A program made the position numbers and the translations under genes. Shown piece after piece: positions 20,389 through 29,508 of a DNA stretch of 52,936 nucleotides (position 1 is the first letter of the stretch; each line of letters begins with the position of its first letter). Origin of the DNA: Escherichia phage JEP7; the sequence record MT764207.1. One strand, 5' to 3'. A model generated the notes under the pieces. The model saw only the letters and a list, made by a program, of their open reading frames with translations, was not told where the DNA came from and searched no databases.

Positions 20389-21560
20389 TGGGCTCTGTAA
20401 CTAGCACAGGCTATGTTCCCGTCAAGCTCGACGACTGGATCAGCAGATTCGAAACGCTCTTCCGTCGTGTGTACGGCGCGGATATTGATTTGTCAGCTAA
20501 GTCTGCTGACGGACAAATGGTTGGTATTCTGGCGCAGATGTTTGCAGACCAGGACGAGCAAGTTGCAATTCTGTTTTCTATGCTTGACCCTAACCAGGCA
20601 TCTGGTGTATACGTAGACCAGTTCCTTGCCTACGTAGCGCTTCAGCGTAAAGGCGAGATGTCAACGCTGTTGACCAGGGTTAAGATCGAAGGTGACCGTA
20701 ACACTATTATACGTACTCCTTACTATGTAACTGACAGCTCGAATAACGTGTACCAGCTTAACTCCACTGTTGCGCTGGATGATAACGGTGTAGTCGAAAC
20801 AAGCTTCAGTTCTGTTAAGACTGGCCGCTTTGTCGTACTTGCAAACGATGAGCTTAAACCACAGACCATCGTTTCTGGCGTGCGTAAAGTTACCAACATG
20901 CAAGTGTCATCTGGCGGTGCGTCCACTGAGCTCGACTCTGAGGCAATAGACCGGGCGTATAACTCTTACGGCAAACCTGGCACGAACAGCTTAGACGGTA
21001 TTGTTGCTGAGATTCGTCAGATGACTGATGTTATCGCGTGTAACGGTTACGAGAACGAAGAAGATACTCGGGACCCGTTAACTGGCTTACCTCCTCACAG
21101 TATGCAGATTGTTGTGGATGGTGGTTCGCCTGCTGCTATTGCTGACTGTATCTTCCGTCGTAAAACTAATGGCTGTAAGCAGATTGGCACTGTGTCTTAT
21201 CAGATTACGGATAAGTCAGGTACACAGCGCACAATGAAATGGAGTCAGCCTACTTATGTTGAGGCTTATGCTTCACTCGTTGTAGCCCGTAAGGAACTGT
21301 TTACCGACGTTTCCGAGGAACTTATTAAGAATGCTATTCTGTCCAAGGTATACAATATCGGTGAAGAGGTATCAACCTACGAACTGGGTCAGCTAATTCA
21401 AGAAGCGAATGGCGTAAGCCCTAACTTCTACATCAAGACTTTCTTTGTGGGTAAATCAGCTAATCCGTCGACAGATACGATTCTGCGTATCACTGCTCTT
21501 GAGCGTGCAATATTCGCTGCAGACCGTATCACTATTGCAGTGGTGAATGCTGATGGCTGA
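20388..21560 (+). CDS. baseplate J-like protein (putative)
   Basis: 390 aa; position between W-like and I-like genes upstream of tail fibre. Confidence 0.4.
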   Translation: MGSVTSTGYVPVKLDDWISRFETLFRRVYGADIDLSAKSADGQMVGILAQMFADQDEQVAILFSMLDPNQASGVYVDQFLAYVALQRKGEMSTLLTRVKIEGDRNTIIRTPYYVTDSSNNVYQLNSTVALDDNGVVETSFSSVKTGRFVVLANDELKPQTIVSGVRKVTNMQVSSGGASTELDSEAIDRAYNSYGKPGTNSLDGIVAEIRQMTDVIACNGYENEEDTRDPLTGLPPHSMQIVVDGGSPAAIADCIFRRKTNGCKQIGTVSYQITDKSGTQRTMKWSQPTYVEAYASLVVARKELFTDVSEELIKNAILSKVYNIGEEVSTYELGQLIQEANGVSPNFYIKTFFVGKSANPSTDTILRITALERAIFAADRITIAVVNADG

Positions 21561-22206
21561 ATATCATAAACTACTTATTCAACAGTACGCTGATAAACCA
21601 AAAGCTGTTGCAACTATTAAGGGCTTCGATGATGCAATTCAAGGTATCTGGGACGGCGCCCAACAAGTTGTTGATAGCCTTAATATAGATAAAGCTTTTG
21701 GTAAAGGTCTTGATAATGTTGCAGCCCGCGTCGGTGCATCTCGTGTTCTCAAGAAAGGCGTAGACCGTAAGTTCTTCGGCTTTACCAACAAAGTACCAGA
21801 CGTGCTTGGCTTCGGTGGTTCGTCTGGTAATAAAGGTGGCCCGTTCTATCGCTACGGTGCATCAGTTTGGGACCCGGTAATTCTTGACGACATTGACCTG
21901 CGTACTTACATCAAGATGAAAATCTGGAAGAACATGCAAGACGGTACTATGCCGTATCTAATTGACTTCCTGATTGAATTCTTCGGAATGAATAACTTCG
22001 TTATAACTGACAACGAAGATATGACAATGACTCTGGAGATATACAGTACTCTGACTCCGCTTAAACAAGTGTTGATTCAGAACTATGATATTCTTCCGCG
22101 CCCCACAGGGGTGAAGATTGAACTTAACACGAGCGTTGACGTCACGGATAGTCTGTACCGTTACGCTACTGTAAACTTACCAGCACAGGTGAATGTATAT
22201 GGCTGA
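21547..22206 (+). CDS. baseplate/tail protein (gpI-like, putative)
   Basis: 219 aa; overlaps both neighbours; synteny. Confidence 0.3.
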   Translation: MLMAEYHKLLIQQYADKPKAVATIKGFDDAIQGIWDGAQQVVDSLNIDKAFGKGLDNVAARVGASRVLKKGVDRKFFGFTNKVPDVLGFGGSSGNKGGPFYRYGASVWDPVILDDIDLRTYIKMKIWKNMQDGTMPYLIDFLIEFFGMNNFVITDNEDMTMTLEIYSTLTPLKQVLIQNYDILPRPTGVKIELNTSVDVTDSLYRYATVNLPAQVNVYG

Positions 22207-23533
22207 TGTACAAACAAGACCCGATAACGACATCTTCGCCAGCTCCGCGGGTACTGGTGAACTGCTGCCGTTCGGTGACCTTGCTCGTGGCTGGGGTGCA
22301 ACCCTTGGCTACTCAGAAGGTATTCCTCCGATGGAGTGGTTTAACTTTATCGGTAACCGTACTGACAAAGGTATCCACTACATCCTTCAGCAGGGTGTTG
22401 ATATATGGGTAGAAACTGAGACCTACCCGGTTGGTGCACTGGTTAAAGTTAACGCCGACAATATGCTGTACCGTTGTCTGGTGCAGAACATTAATATGCC
22501 ACCGTCTGCTAACCCTACACAGTGGCGTCCTGTACTTGACCTGACAGCTGCATCTGCTGCAGCACGACAGGTTGGTAAAGCCTCTGGTAACGTAATCCAG
22601 GTCGGTGCATTTGGCTTAGGCGGCAACGCTGAGGTAGTTACTAATGCTAACAGCATTGTAAACGACGGTATCTACCAGCTTCCAGCGTCAGGTACGGGCG
22701 GACCTACTAACGGCGTTGAGACTGAGATTCTGCATATCAACTGGGATGAGAAAAACGCTTCACAGTGGGGACGCACCAAGGGTAAGCGCGTAATAGCCAT
22801 GCGCGAGAAGGTTAACAATACCTGGGGCGGATGGTCATACTCTTACGGGCCTGACAATAAACCTACTGCCTCTGAGCTGGGTATTAATCAGGACTTCATC
22901 CCTATGGATGGTTCTGACTCAATCCGAGGTAACTTAGGTACTGTCGGCTGGCTGCATATTGCACGTACTACTTCCGACTTGCTACGTGCTGCTAACTCCG
23001 CCGGCGTAGGTACTGTTGAGTACTCCGGTAACATCGCAGGCGGTACTGCTGTTCAGGAGTTGCTGACTTCGGTTTCTGTTGCGGCTAACAGTAATGTTAT
23101 CACTGCGGCTCGCTGGGGTTCTGTGCCTATGTCACATATCCAGCACCTTCTTACGGCAGGTGGCGCTACCCAGATTAACATGGCGGTATGTCGCCCTGGT
23201 GGTATTGCCGACCGCCGTACAGTAGCTTTGCAGGTGGATGGCCTTAACAGCCGAGTAACTACCACAAATAGCTTTATTTTATGCGAGAATGGTGTTAGAG
23301 TATATTCACCTAACAACCCGCAGCCTATCGATACTTCAGCCGGTAACGTTCGGGGTATTCGACTCGGCGCTCGTATTGCTGCTGGTGTATCCGAGTCAAC
23401 GTTCTACCCTGGGCATGTAATGACTGGCTGGCGCTTCGGCAATAAGAAAGAGCTGCGTGGTGGTACATACTGGTCAGCGCCGTTACAGTATTATATCAAC
23501 GGCACTTGGATTAACGTAAGCAACGTATCGTAA
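22193..23533 (+). CDS. tail fibre protein
   Basis: 446 aa, Gly/Ala/Thr/Ser-rich; followed by two tail-fibre-assembly-like genes. Confidence 0.5.
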   Translation: MYMADVQTRPDNDIFASSAGTGELLPFGDLARGWGATLGYSEGIPPMEWFNFIGNRTDKGIHYILQQGVDIWVETETYPVGALVKVNADNMLYRCLVQNINMPPSANPTQWRPVLDLTAASAAARQVGKASGNVIQVGAFGLGGNAEVVTNANSIVNDGIYQLPASGTGGPTNGVETEILHINWDEKNASQWGRTKGKRVIAMREKVNNTWGGWSYSYGPDNKPTASELGINQDFIPMDGSDSIRGNLGTVGWLHIARTTSDLLRAANSAGVGTVEYSGNIAGGTAVQELLTSVSVAANSNVITAARWGSVPMSHIQHLLTAGGATQINMAVCRPGGIADRRTVALQVDGLNSRVTTTNSFILCENGVRVYSPNNPQPIDTSAGNVRGIRLGARIAAGVSESTFYPGHVMTGWRFGNKKELRGGTYWSAPLQYYINGTWINVSNVS

Positions 23534-23542
23534 AGGTTTATT

Positions 23543-24085
23543 ATGACTAAGCATAAGGTGTTCCGTAACTTTACCATGTACCATCCTGAGGTAACAGAAG
23601 AGAACGAGAACATTGTAAATGCTGGTGCAATCTTCCTCAAGGATGAGGAAGGTCGCGACTGGTACAATCTAGCAAAAGAGTTCGCTATCAAATACGAAGG
23701 CGCAACGTTCTTGCAGGTAGATAAGAACGGAGTTGTAATTGCCGCACATACCGACCCGACTATGTTCCATCCTGTGGGCTGCGATATGGTTGTAACGTAC
23801 GACCCGCCCTTCAACATCTTCGAGACGGTTGGCGAATGGCTGTTTGACGGTAAAGAGTTTACGCTTAACGCACCAATGATGAAGGAGATTGCTCGTGAGC
23901 GTAAAGAACAAGCTCTGTCCATCGCTTCGACCAAGGTCAGTGTTTTACGCGACACAGTTGATAGTGGCAATGCTACCGATGAAGAAAAAGAGCTATTTGC
24001 TAAGTGGCGTGATTACAGGATTGCTGTCAATCGTCTTGACATTAACCTTGGTTCCGCTATGGTTGTTCCACCTATGCCGGAGTAA
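23543..24085 (+). CDS. tail fibre assembly protein (putative)
   Basis: 180 aa; paralog of next gene (shared ...FLKDEEGRDWYNLAKEFA... vs ...FIKDNNGNDWRKLAKELA...); position after fibre gene. Confidence 0.5.
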   Translation: MTKHKVFRNFTMYHPEVTEENENIVNAGAIFLKDEEGRDWYNLAKEFAIKYEGATFLQVDKNGVVIAAHTDPTMFHPVGCDMVVTYDPPFNIFETVGEWLFDGKEFTLNAPMMKEIARERKEQALSIASTKVSVLRDTVDSGNATDEEKELFAKWRDYRIAVNRLDINLGSAMVVPPMPE

Positions 24086-24088
24086 ACC

Positions 24089-24592
24089 ATGCAACTGTCA
24101 TTTTTCAACTTTACAGAATACAACCCACAAAGGACAGCGGAGACACTTCCGCTGATTAAGCAAGGCGTTGTATTCATCAAGGATAACAATGGTAATGACT
24201 GGCGCAAGCTGGCTAAAGAGCTGGCTAAGAATAAAGAGCTGGTTCATTACATTGTTGTGGACAAGTACAATGCTGTTGCCGCGTATGCTAACGATCCTAC
24301 GCTACTGTTTCCTGTTAATTGCGATTTGCATATTGTTGAGTCTGTCCCTGCTGATAAGTTTGCGGATTGCTATTACGAGTGGTCTTACGTTAATGGCAAA
24401 TTCGTTAAGCACTCAGAACTGCAGAAGGTGATTGCAGAAGAACGCCTGCAGGAAGAACAGGCTTGGGTTGAAGGACAACTCGACACTGAAGAAGATGAGG
24501 AACGTATTATCGCTCTCCATAAATTCCGTGCCGATTTGTTGCTGCTTGTTATGTCAGATGCGCCGCATATCGACTGGCCTGTACGACCGTAA
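24089..24592 (+). CDS. tail fibre assembly protein paralog (putative)
   Basis: 167 aa; paralogous to 23543-24085. Confidence 0.45.
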   Translation: MQLSFFNFTEYNPQRTAETLPLIKQGVVFIKDNNGNDWRKLAKELAKNKELVHYIVVDKYNAVAAYANDPTLLFPVNCDLHIVESVPADKFADCYYEWSYVNGKFVKHSELQKVIAEERLQEEQAWVEGQLDTEEDEERIIALHKFRADLLLLVMSDAPHIDWPVRP

Positions 24593-24599
24593 CTAATTG

Positions 24600-24640
24600 C
24601 TACCAGCAAGCTTGTGCAGTTGCTGGTAGTGTTTCTTTTA
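24600..24640 (+). terminator. rho-independent terminator (putative)
   Basis: CTACCAGCAA / TTGCTGGTAG 10-bp stem with 10-nt loop followed by TGTTTCTTTT, just after the stop of 24089-24592. Confidence 0.5.
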
Positions 24641-24660
24641 CGCTTGAGTCGTGCTATAAT
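24632..24660 (+). promoter_or_regulatory. promoter with extended -10 (TGcTATAAT)
   Basis: TGCTATAAT at 24652-24660 upstream of holin start. Confidence 0.4.
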
Positions 24661-24694
24661 CCACTCTGGGTATACAATAAACCGGAGATATGGG

Positions 24695-24955
24695 ATGTTT
24701 GACTACAACGACAAGTCTTCCCTTATTGGCCAGTTTGTGGCTTGGGTAACAATAACAGTAAGTACTTTATCACTAAGTGATTGGGGTACTCTTATCGGTA
24801 TACTCAGTTCCTTGGTGATGCTGATTGTTGTTACGTATAACCAAACACGGCGAACCAAAATTATGTCGGATTATTACAATCGTAAGAAGCCGATAGAGGA
24901 TGAAGTCGCATCGAAAGAAGAGGTGTTGCGTGAGTCTGAAATCAGCAGCGACTAA
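24695..24955 (+). CDS. holin (class II-like)
   Basis: 86 aa from ATG 24695 (RBS GGAGAT); two hydrophobic helices (LIGQFVAWVTITVSTLSL, WGTLIGILSSLVMLIVV) and charged C-terminus; directly upstream of lysozyme. Confidence 0.6.
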   Translation: MFDYNDKSSLIGQFVAWVTITVSTLSLSDWGTLIGILSSLVMLIVVTYNQTRRTKIMSDYYNRKKPIEDEVASKEEVLRESEISSD

Positions 24956-25475
24956 AGGAGGTTGCAGCGTGCTGGCTATCATCGGGCTTGTATTGTCGAT
25001 GACGAGTACACATGTCCGTACTAATAAAGAAGGTCTTGAAATAATCGGTAATGCAGAAGGTTGTATGCGCAACCCGTATGTATGTCCTACTGGTTACTTA
25101 ACAGTTGGCATTGGTAGCCGCATCTACAGCGATGAGCCCGCTGTACGGCGCGAAGGCCTGACAGACCAGGAGATTGCTGACCGCTGGGTCAAGAATATTC
25201 AAGAGGCTGAAAAGTGTGTTAATGACTGGTTTCACGGTAAAGACATGAACACCAACCAGTTCAGCGCCATGACCTCTATGGTATTTAACCATGGTTGCAC
25301 TAGACTCCGTAAGAACAAGGATGGTTCACCTACCAAAATATATACTGCTGCTCGTAAACAAAACTGGACGGAAATGTGTAACCGCATAACTGACTGGGAT
25401 ATGGGCGGCAAGTACAGGGGCTTGACAATACGTAAGCAAAAGGAAAAAGCGTTATGTCTAAAACCGGTGCAATAA
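24900..25475 (+). CDS. endolysin, lysozyme family with N-terminal signal-anchor (SAR)-like segment
   Basis: catalytic-region pattern EGLEIIGNAEGCMRNPYVCPTGYLTVGIG resembles T4/P21-type lysozymes; N-terminal Gly/Ala-rich weakly hydrophobic segment GGCSVLAIIGLVLSMTST; alternative GTG starts at 24930 and 24969 (the latter with AAAGGAGG RBS). Confidence 0.7.
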   Translation: MKSHRKKRCCVSLKSAATKGGCSVLAIIGLVLSMTSTHVRTNKEGLEIIGNAEGCMRNPYVCPTGYLTVGIGSRIYSDEPAVRREGLTDQEIADRWVKNIQEAEKCVNDWFHGKDMNTNQFSAMTSMVFNHGCTRLRKNKDGSPTKIYTAARKQNWTEMCNRITDWDMGGKYRGLTIRKQKEKALCLKPVQ

Positions 25476-25783
25476 TTGCAGCTATTCTCGGCATCGCCAT
25501 TGTGTTCTTGTCTTTGTGGGTACGTGAGCTGAAAGATGATGTTGCCGATCGCGACTGTACAATCAAACAGCTTAACAAAACCAATGGCGAATTGTCTGCT
25601 GCTAATCAAACGCTGATTAATTCCGTAAAGGATGAGCGTGAGGCTTCAGCCAAACGCGCTAGTAAGATAGCTGAGCTTGAGCAACAACTGCGTGACAGGA
25701 AAGGTAAATATGACGAAGCTACAAAAGATGATTCGTGCGCTAATACCGTTGCTCCTTCTGCCGTTCTTGACCTCATGCGCTGA
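25454..25783 (+). CDS. i-spanin (Rz-like)
   Basis: 109 aa; N-terminal transmembrane helix (GAIIAAILGIAIVFLSLWV) then charged coiled-coil periplasmic domain; follows endolysin. Confidence 0.6.
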   Translation: MSKTGAIIAAILGIAIVFLSLWVRELKDDVADRDCTIKQLNKTNGELSAANQTLINSVKDEREASAKRASKIAELEQQLRDRKGKYDEATKDDSCANTVAPSAVLDLMR

Positions 25784-25985
25784 TAAACCTGAAGTTGTTT
25801 ATGTTGACAGGATAGTCAAGGTTTATCCGCCTGGCGCATACATGGTTAAATGTCATAAGCCTGAATTAACCGGTAACACCTGGAAAGCAATAGGTCAGTT
25901 AGCTATTGAACGTGGAACAGCTCTTGATGATTGTGCAGACAAGATGGACAGCATAATTGACTGGAGTAACAAAGGGGCCGAGTGA
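25710..25985 (+). CDS. o-spanin (Rz1-like lipoprotein)
   Basis: ATG 25710 in the +1 frame inside/overlapping the i-spanin; signal peptide MTKLQKMIRALIPLLLLPFLTSC with lipobox LTSC. Confidence 0.55.
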   Translation: MTKLQKMIRALIPLLLLPFLTSCADKPEVVYVDRIVKVYPPGAYMVKCHKPELTGNTWKAIGQLAIERGTALDDCADKMDSIIDWSNKGAE

Positions 25986-26002
25986 AGGCCCCTTCATTTA
26001 TT
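25974..26002. terminator. bidirectional terminator hairpin between convergent gene blocks
   Basis: GGGGCC-GAGTGAA-GGCCCC hairpin flanked by A-run upstream and TTCATTTATT downstream, at the junction of + strand lysis genes and - strand genes. Confidence 0.55.
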
Positions 26003-26225
26003 AGCGTTTACCTTTTAGTTCGTTATACTGCGCACACGCTGCACACAGCACTGTACCGGGTAAAAGCTGACGTCGTTTTTCTTCAATGTCTTCCCCACAC
26101 TGGTAGCACGTCAGCGGGCTTACTCCGGTGTATCTTACTCGGTTCGATAGTGCTGCGTCCCGGGCAACTTGTTCAGCTTCAGAAGCCATATCAGTAATGT
26201 CCGATGTGCGCATAGACTCAATCAT
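26001..26225 (-). CDS. DksA/TraR-family C4 zinc-finger protein
   Basis: 74 aa with CxxC-N17-CxxC (CYQCGEDIEEKRRQLLPGTVLCAACA) characteristic of the TraR/DksA zinc finger. Confidence 0.6.
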   Translation of the reverse strand: MIESMRTSDITDMASEAEQVARDAALSNRVRYTGVSPLTCYQCGEDIEEKRRQLLPGTVLCAACAQYNELKGKR

Positions 26226-26500
26226 TATTTTCCCTCTTCTTCACAATACAGGGTTTCTAATTCATCGCATAGCTGTTGCGTCCAGTAATCATCCTCGCCA
26301 CGTATCTGGAAGCACAGCACAGGAATATCCTGTCGTAAAATATCGCTCTTGTAAATCTTTTTGGCAACAGCTTCTGGTTCTTCCTGGAATATCTTCATAA
26401 ACCAGTCCAGGCCTGACGTGCAGCCTGAGGCGTCTAGTATCTCCTTCGCCCTTAACTTAAGCGTTTCATCTACCTTATACTCTAAACCTATATTAGACAT
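26225..26500 (-). CDS. hypothetical protein
   Basis: 91 aa ORF, ATG overlapping downstream stop. Confidence 0.3.
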   Translation of the reverse strand: MSNIGLEYKVDETLKLRAKEILDASGCTSGLDWFMKIFQEEPEAVAKKIYKSDILRQDIPVLCFQIRGEDDYWTQQLCDELETLYCEEEGK

Positions 26501-26515
26501 ATCATAGACCTTTAA

Positions 26516-28483
26516 TTAGTGCGCCTCTGCCCAGTTACTTTCTATCTTAGCATCAGTAAGAACAGGTACACGAAGCGGTAGCACAGTTTCCATGACCCGT
26601 ACGAAATCGTAGAATCCATCTTCTGCTTGCTTACCAGTTGGTAGAGAGAAGTTAAGCTCATCGTGTACCGTCAGGCGAGGCACGCCAATCACGTCGAAGT
26701 AACCGTCTTCATACCCTTTCAGCATTGCAGACTTCATCTGGTCTGCTGACGACCCTTGCAGCACTCGGTTGATTGCTTTGTGGGTGTCTGCCAGTTTAAT
26801 GTTTGGGCCATACTCCTGACGTGCTTCTTCAAATGGCAAAGGCGTCTTCCCGAATCCACCACGTTTTGGGACCCATTTGTTGAACCACGTTTTCCGGCCC
26901 ATAAAGGTTTCTACATACCCCTGGCTATAACATAAATCTTCATAATGCTTCATGGTAGCACCAATGAATGGTGCACCCTGATGGTACGCCTTCAGAACAG
27001 GTTCTGCTTCTTCAGGTGTCATTGCTAACTTACGGGCAAGAGCATTAAGCATCATGCCGTACAACAAACCAAAGTTGATGGTCTTAGCCGGTTTACGCTC
27101 TATAACGTGACCTGAGGCTTCCTTGATAATATCGACCATAACATTGTGGTAATCTGCTTCCGGGTTAGCCGCGAAAATTGCTCGTAACTCATCAGCGCCC
27201 GGGCCGACTGCAAAATGCGCCATGAATCTATATTCAATTTGGGCGTAGTCTGCGGATCCCCATCGGTGTCCGACATCCGGTACGAAACAAGCACGAAGGA
27301 GTGGTCCCAGTATTTTGTGTCTAGACGGTATATTCTGCAGATTAGGGTCAGATGAGCTAAACCGACCACTAACGGTTCCACCGTCATCACCGCGCATTTG
27401 ATGGAATTGACCGTGAAGGAAGCCATTTGTATTCATCCCCAATATATAGCCACGAATAAACGTGGACTGGATTTTTTCATAAGACTTAATCTCAGACACC
27501 AGTTCCGCAAACGGATGGTGCAAGCCTGCTAAGAAGTCCGCTGTAAACGACGGATTACCCGCCGCTGTTTTGAAGTACTCCAGACCTAAATGGTCAAATG
27601 CAAGTGCTAAATCAGGACCGGAGTTAACGTTAATGTTAAAGCCAATCTGGTCTTTAATCTGCTGGTGCATTTTCCTTATTTCAGCGCTAAGCGTATCATC
27701 CGCCTCTTTGGCTTTGTCAAGGTCAACACGCACACCTGCAAAACGCATCTTAAGCATTAATGGAATGAGCTTGCACTCCATATAGAATACGTCTGTTAAA
27801 CACCAGCGACTTAACAAAGGCCACTGGGCTTTGATAATGTGTATTGGTAAGTCGGCGTCAGATTCAGCGTAGTAACCCACAAGACGAGGAGGTGTTTTGT
27901 AGATGTACTTTCTGGCTTCACCTGTTGGCTTACAACCATAAGCATCTGAAATCCATTGGTACATCTCAGCTGAGTCTTTACCTTCGCCTACATACTTTCG
28001 TCCAAGTCCTTCAAGTGCAACACGCGCGCCTGGGTCGAGTAATGCTTCCGCGAATTGTACATCCATGCACAATCCTTTGACTTCCACGCCTTCTGCTGCA
28101 AGCCAGCCCAAGTCATATGTGATGTTAGCACCGACTTTAACTTGGTTAGGTCGCGAGAGTTCGAGCCGAAGCCAACCAAGTACTTCCTCAGCTGGAAGGT
28201 TATCCTCTTCGCCGAGCTCGTGTCTGATTGGGTAGTAAGCCTTGAAGCCATTGTCCGTAGCGATACTAACTCCAACGATATGACCTTCCCTCCTGGCCCA
28301 ACCACTACCATTTGCATCCATCCCTGGGTCATATGTTTCACAGTCAAGACCGATAATCTTCGCAGAAGACAAATCCGGGTAATGCGCGCGCGGCCGCCAT
28401 CCAGTATCCCTGACGTATGGTATAGGACGGTTGATAGGTTTAACATTCTTTGCACCTTCAAAGCTATCGAATAAAAAGCTCAT
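26516..28483 (-). CDS. DNA polymerase, family A (PolI-like) with 3'-5' exonuclease domain
   Basis: 655 aa; polymerase motif A (DYAQIEYR), motif B (KTINFGLLYGM), motif C (TVHDELNF); N-terminal exonuclease-like region (GLDCETYD). Confidence 0.9.
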   Translation of the reverse strand: MSFLFDSFEGAKNVKPINRPIPYVRDTGWRPRAHYPDLSSAKIIGLDCETYDPGMDANGSGWARREGHIVGVSIATDNGFKAYYPIRHELGEEDNLPAEEVLGWLRLELSRPNQVKVGANITYDLGWLAAEGVEVKGLCMDVQFAEALLDPGARVALEGLGRKYVGEGKDSAEMYQWISDAYGCKPTGEARKYIYKTPPRLVGYYAESDADLPIHIIKAQWPLLSRWCLTDVFYMECKLIPLMLKMRFAGVRVDLDKAKEADDTLSAEIRKMHQQIKDQIGFNINVNSGPDLALAFDHLGLEYFKTAAGNPSFTADFLAGLHHPFAELVSEIKSYEKIQSTFIRGYILGMNTNGFLHGQFHQMRGDDGGTVSGRFSSSDPNLQNIPSRHKILGPLLRACFVPDVGHRWGSADYAQIEYRFMAHFAVGPGADELRAIFAANPEADYHNVMVDIIKEASGHVIERKPAKTINFGLLYGMMLNALARKLAMTPEEAEPVLKAYHQGAPFIGATMKHYEDLCYSQGYVETFMGRKTWFNKWVPKRGGFGKTPLPFEEARQEYGPNIKLADTHKAINRVLQGSSADQMKSAMLKGYEDGYFDVIGVPRLTVHDELNFSLPTGKQAEDGFYDFVRVMETVLPLRVPVLTDAKIESNWAEAH

Positions 28484-29478
28484 CAGTCCCCTCTCACATA
28501 CGCAATTACAACTGTACGAGTTGAGTTTTCCATTTTGAGCGCCTGACTACCAAGCCCTATTCTTTCCATGCCTTTAGCCAGTTTACTCATCTGACTAATA
28601 ACACAGTTGAACGGTTTACTAAACTTAGTCGACTGGAACTTAATGTCGACGGACATCTTAGGAATAATCTTGTCTGGTAAGTCTGCTTTTGCTGTTGACT
28701 CGCCAGTTATCTCCAGAATGGCTTGACCTTCGTCATACCCAGTAAGCTGGTCCATAACTTCCAGGAATTCAGGAGTGATGGCCTGCATATCCATTTCCAT
28801 ATTGAAGAACTTCGATACGTCTGGCCATTTGGCTGCGAGTACCGGAGCATCCATCTGTACGCCATCCGCAAAACCGAAGAACATCTGACCGCGGGTATAT
28901 CCTACGCTTGTGGGTTCCATCTTCAGCTTAACCAGAGCCTCAAGCATTGGTTTGGCTATGGCACATTCAAATTCAAAATCTACATTCAACTTCTCGCGTA
29001 TCATATACTTACCGTTAGTGGCGTAAGCATAACCATCGCGCAGAAGTAAAGATGTTGCCCATACCTGCGGTGCTTCGTTAGGTACCCATTTGGCTAAGGC
29101 AGTTAATACCGGGAGTAATTCGCCATGTGCTGAATACCAGTTGTTAACTGTAGCAAGCGGCGGTATTGGTTCATTAAGCGCTTGCATTCTTGTTTTAAGT
29201 ACACCTGCTGTGACCGTGAGGTTTCCAGCGGCTGTAATGTTAAAAGTAATCTGTTCAGTTCTTGCCGCATTAACGGCCTTACGAAATGATTCAGCATCCA
29301 CTTGCAGGTCTGGAAATCCTTTACATGGCGCTCGTAGTAATACGTTCTTGTAGTATGAATGGATTGTTCCGTCTGCAATCCATATTTTGCCCATAAGACC
29401 ACTATCAGTATACTTGATGGGACGAGCTTGTTGAACGGCAGTCTGTATTTGTTTGGTGTCATAGTTAAACTTGCTCAT
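28483..29478 (-). CDS. hypothetical protein (replication-associated by position)
   Basis: 331 aa ORF between DNA polymerase and ThyA-like gene; no motif recognised. Confidence 0.3.
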   Translation of the reverse strand: MSKFNYDTKQIQTAVQQARPIKYTDSGLMGKIWIADGTIHSYYKNVLLRAPCKGFPDLQVDAESFRKAVNAARTEQITFNITAAGNLTVTAGVLKTRMQALNEPIPPLATVNNWYSAHGELLPVLTALAKWVPNEAPQVWATSLLLRDGYAYATNGKYMIREKLNVDFEFECAIAKPMLEALVKLKMEPTSVGYTRGQMFFGFADGVQMDAPVLAAKWPDVSKFFNMEMDMQAITPEFLEVMDQLTGYDEGQAILEITGESTAKADLPDKIIPKMSVDIKFQSTKFSKPFNCVISQMSKLAKGMERIGLGSQALKMENSTRTVVIAYVRGD

Positions 29479-29508
29479 AGCATAACGGGGCCGAAGCCCC
29501 GCTCCATC

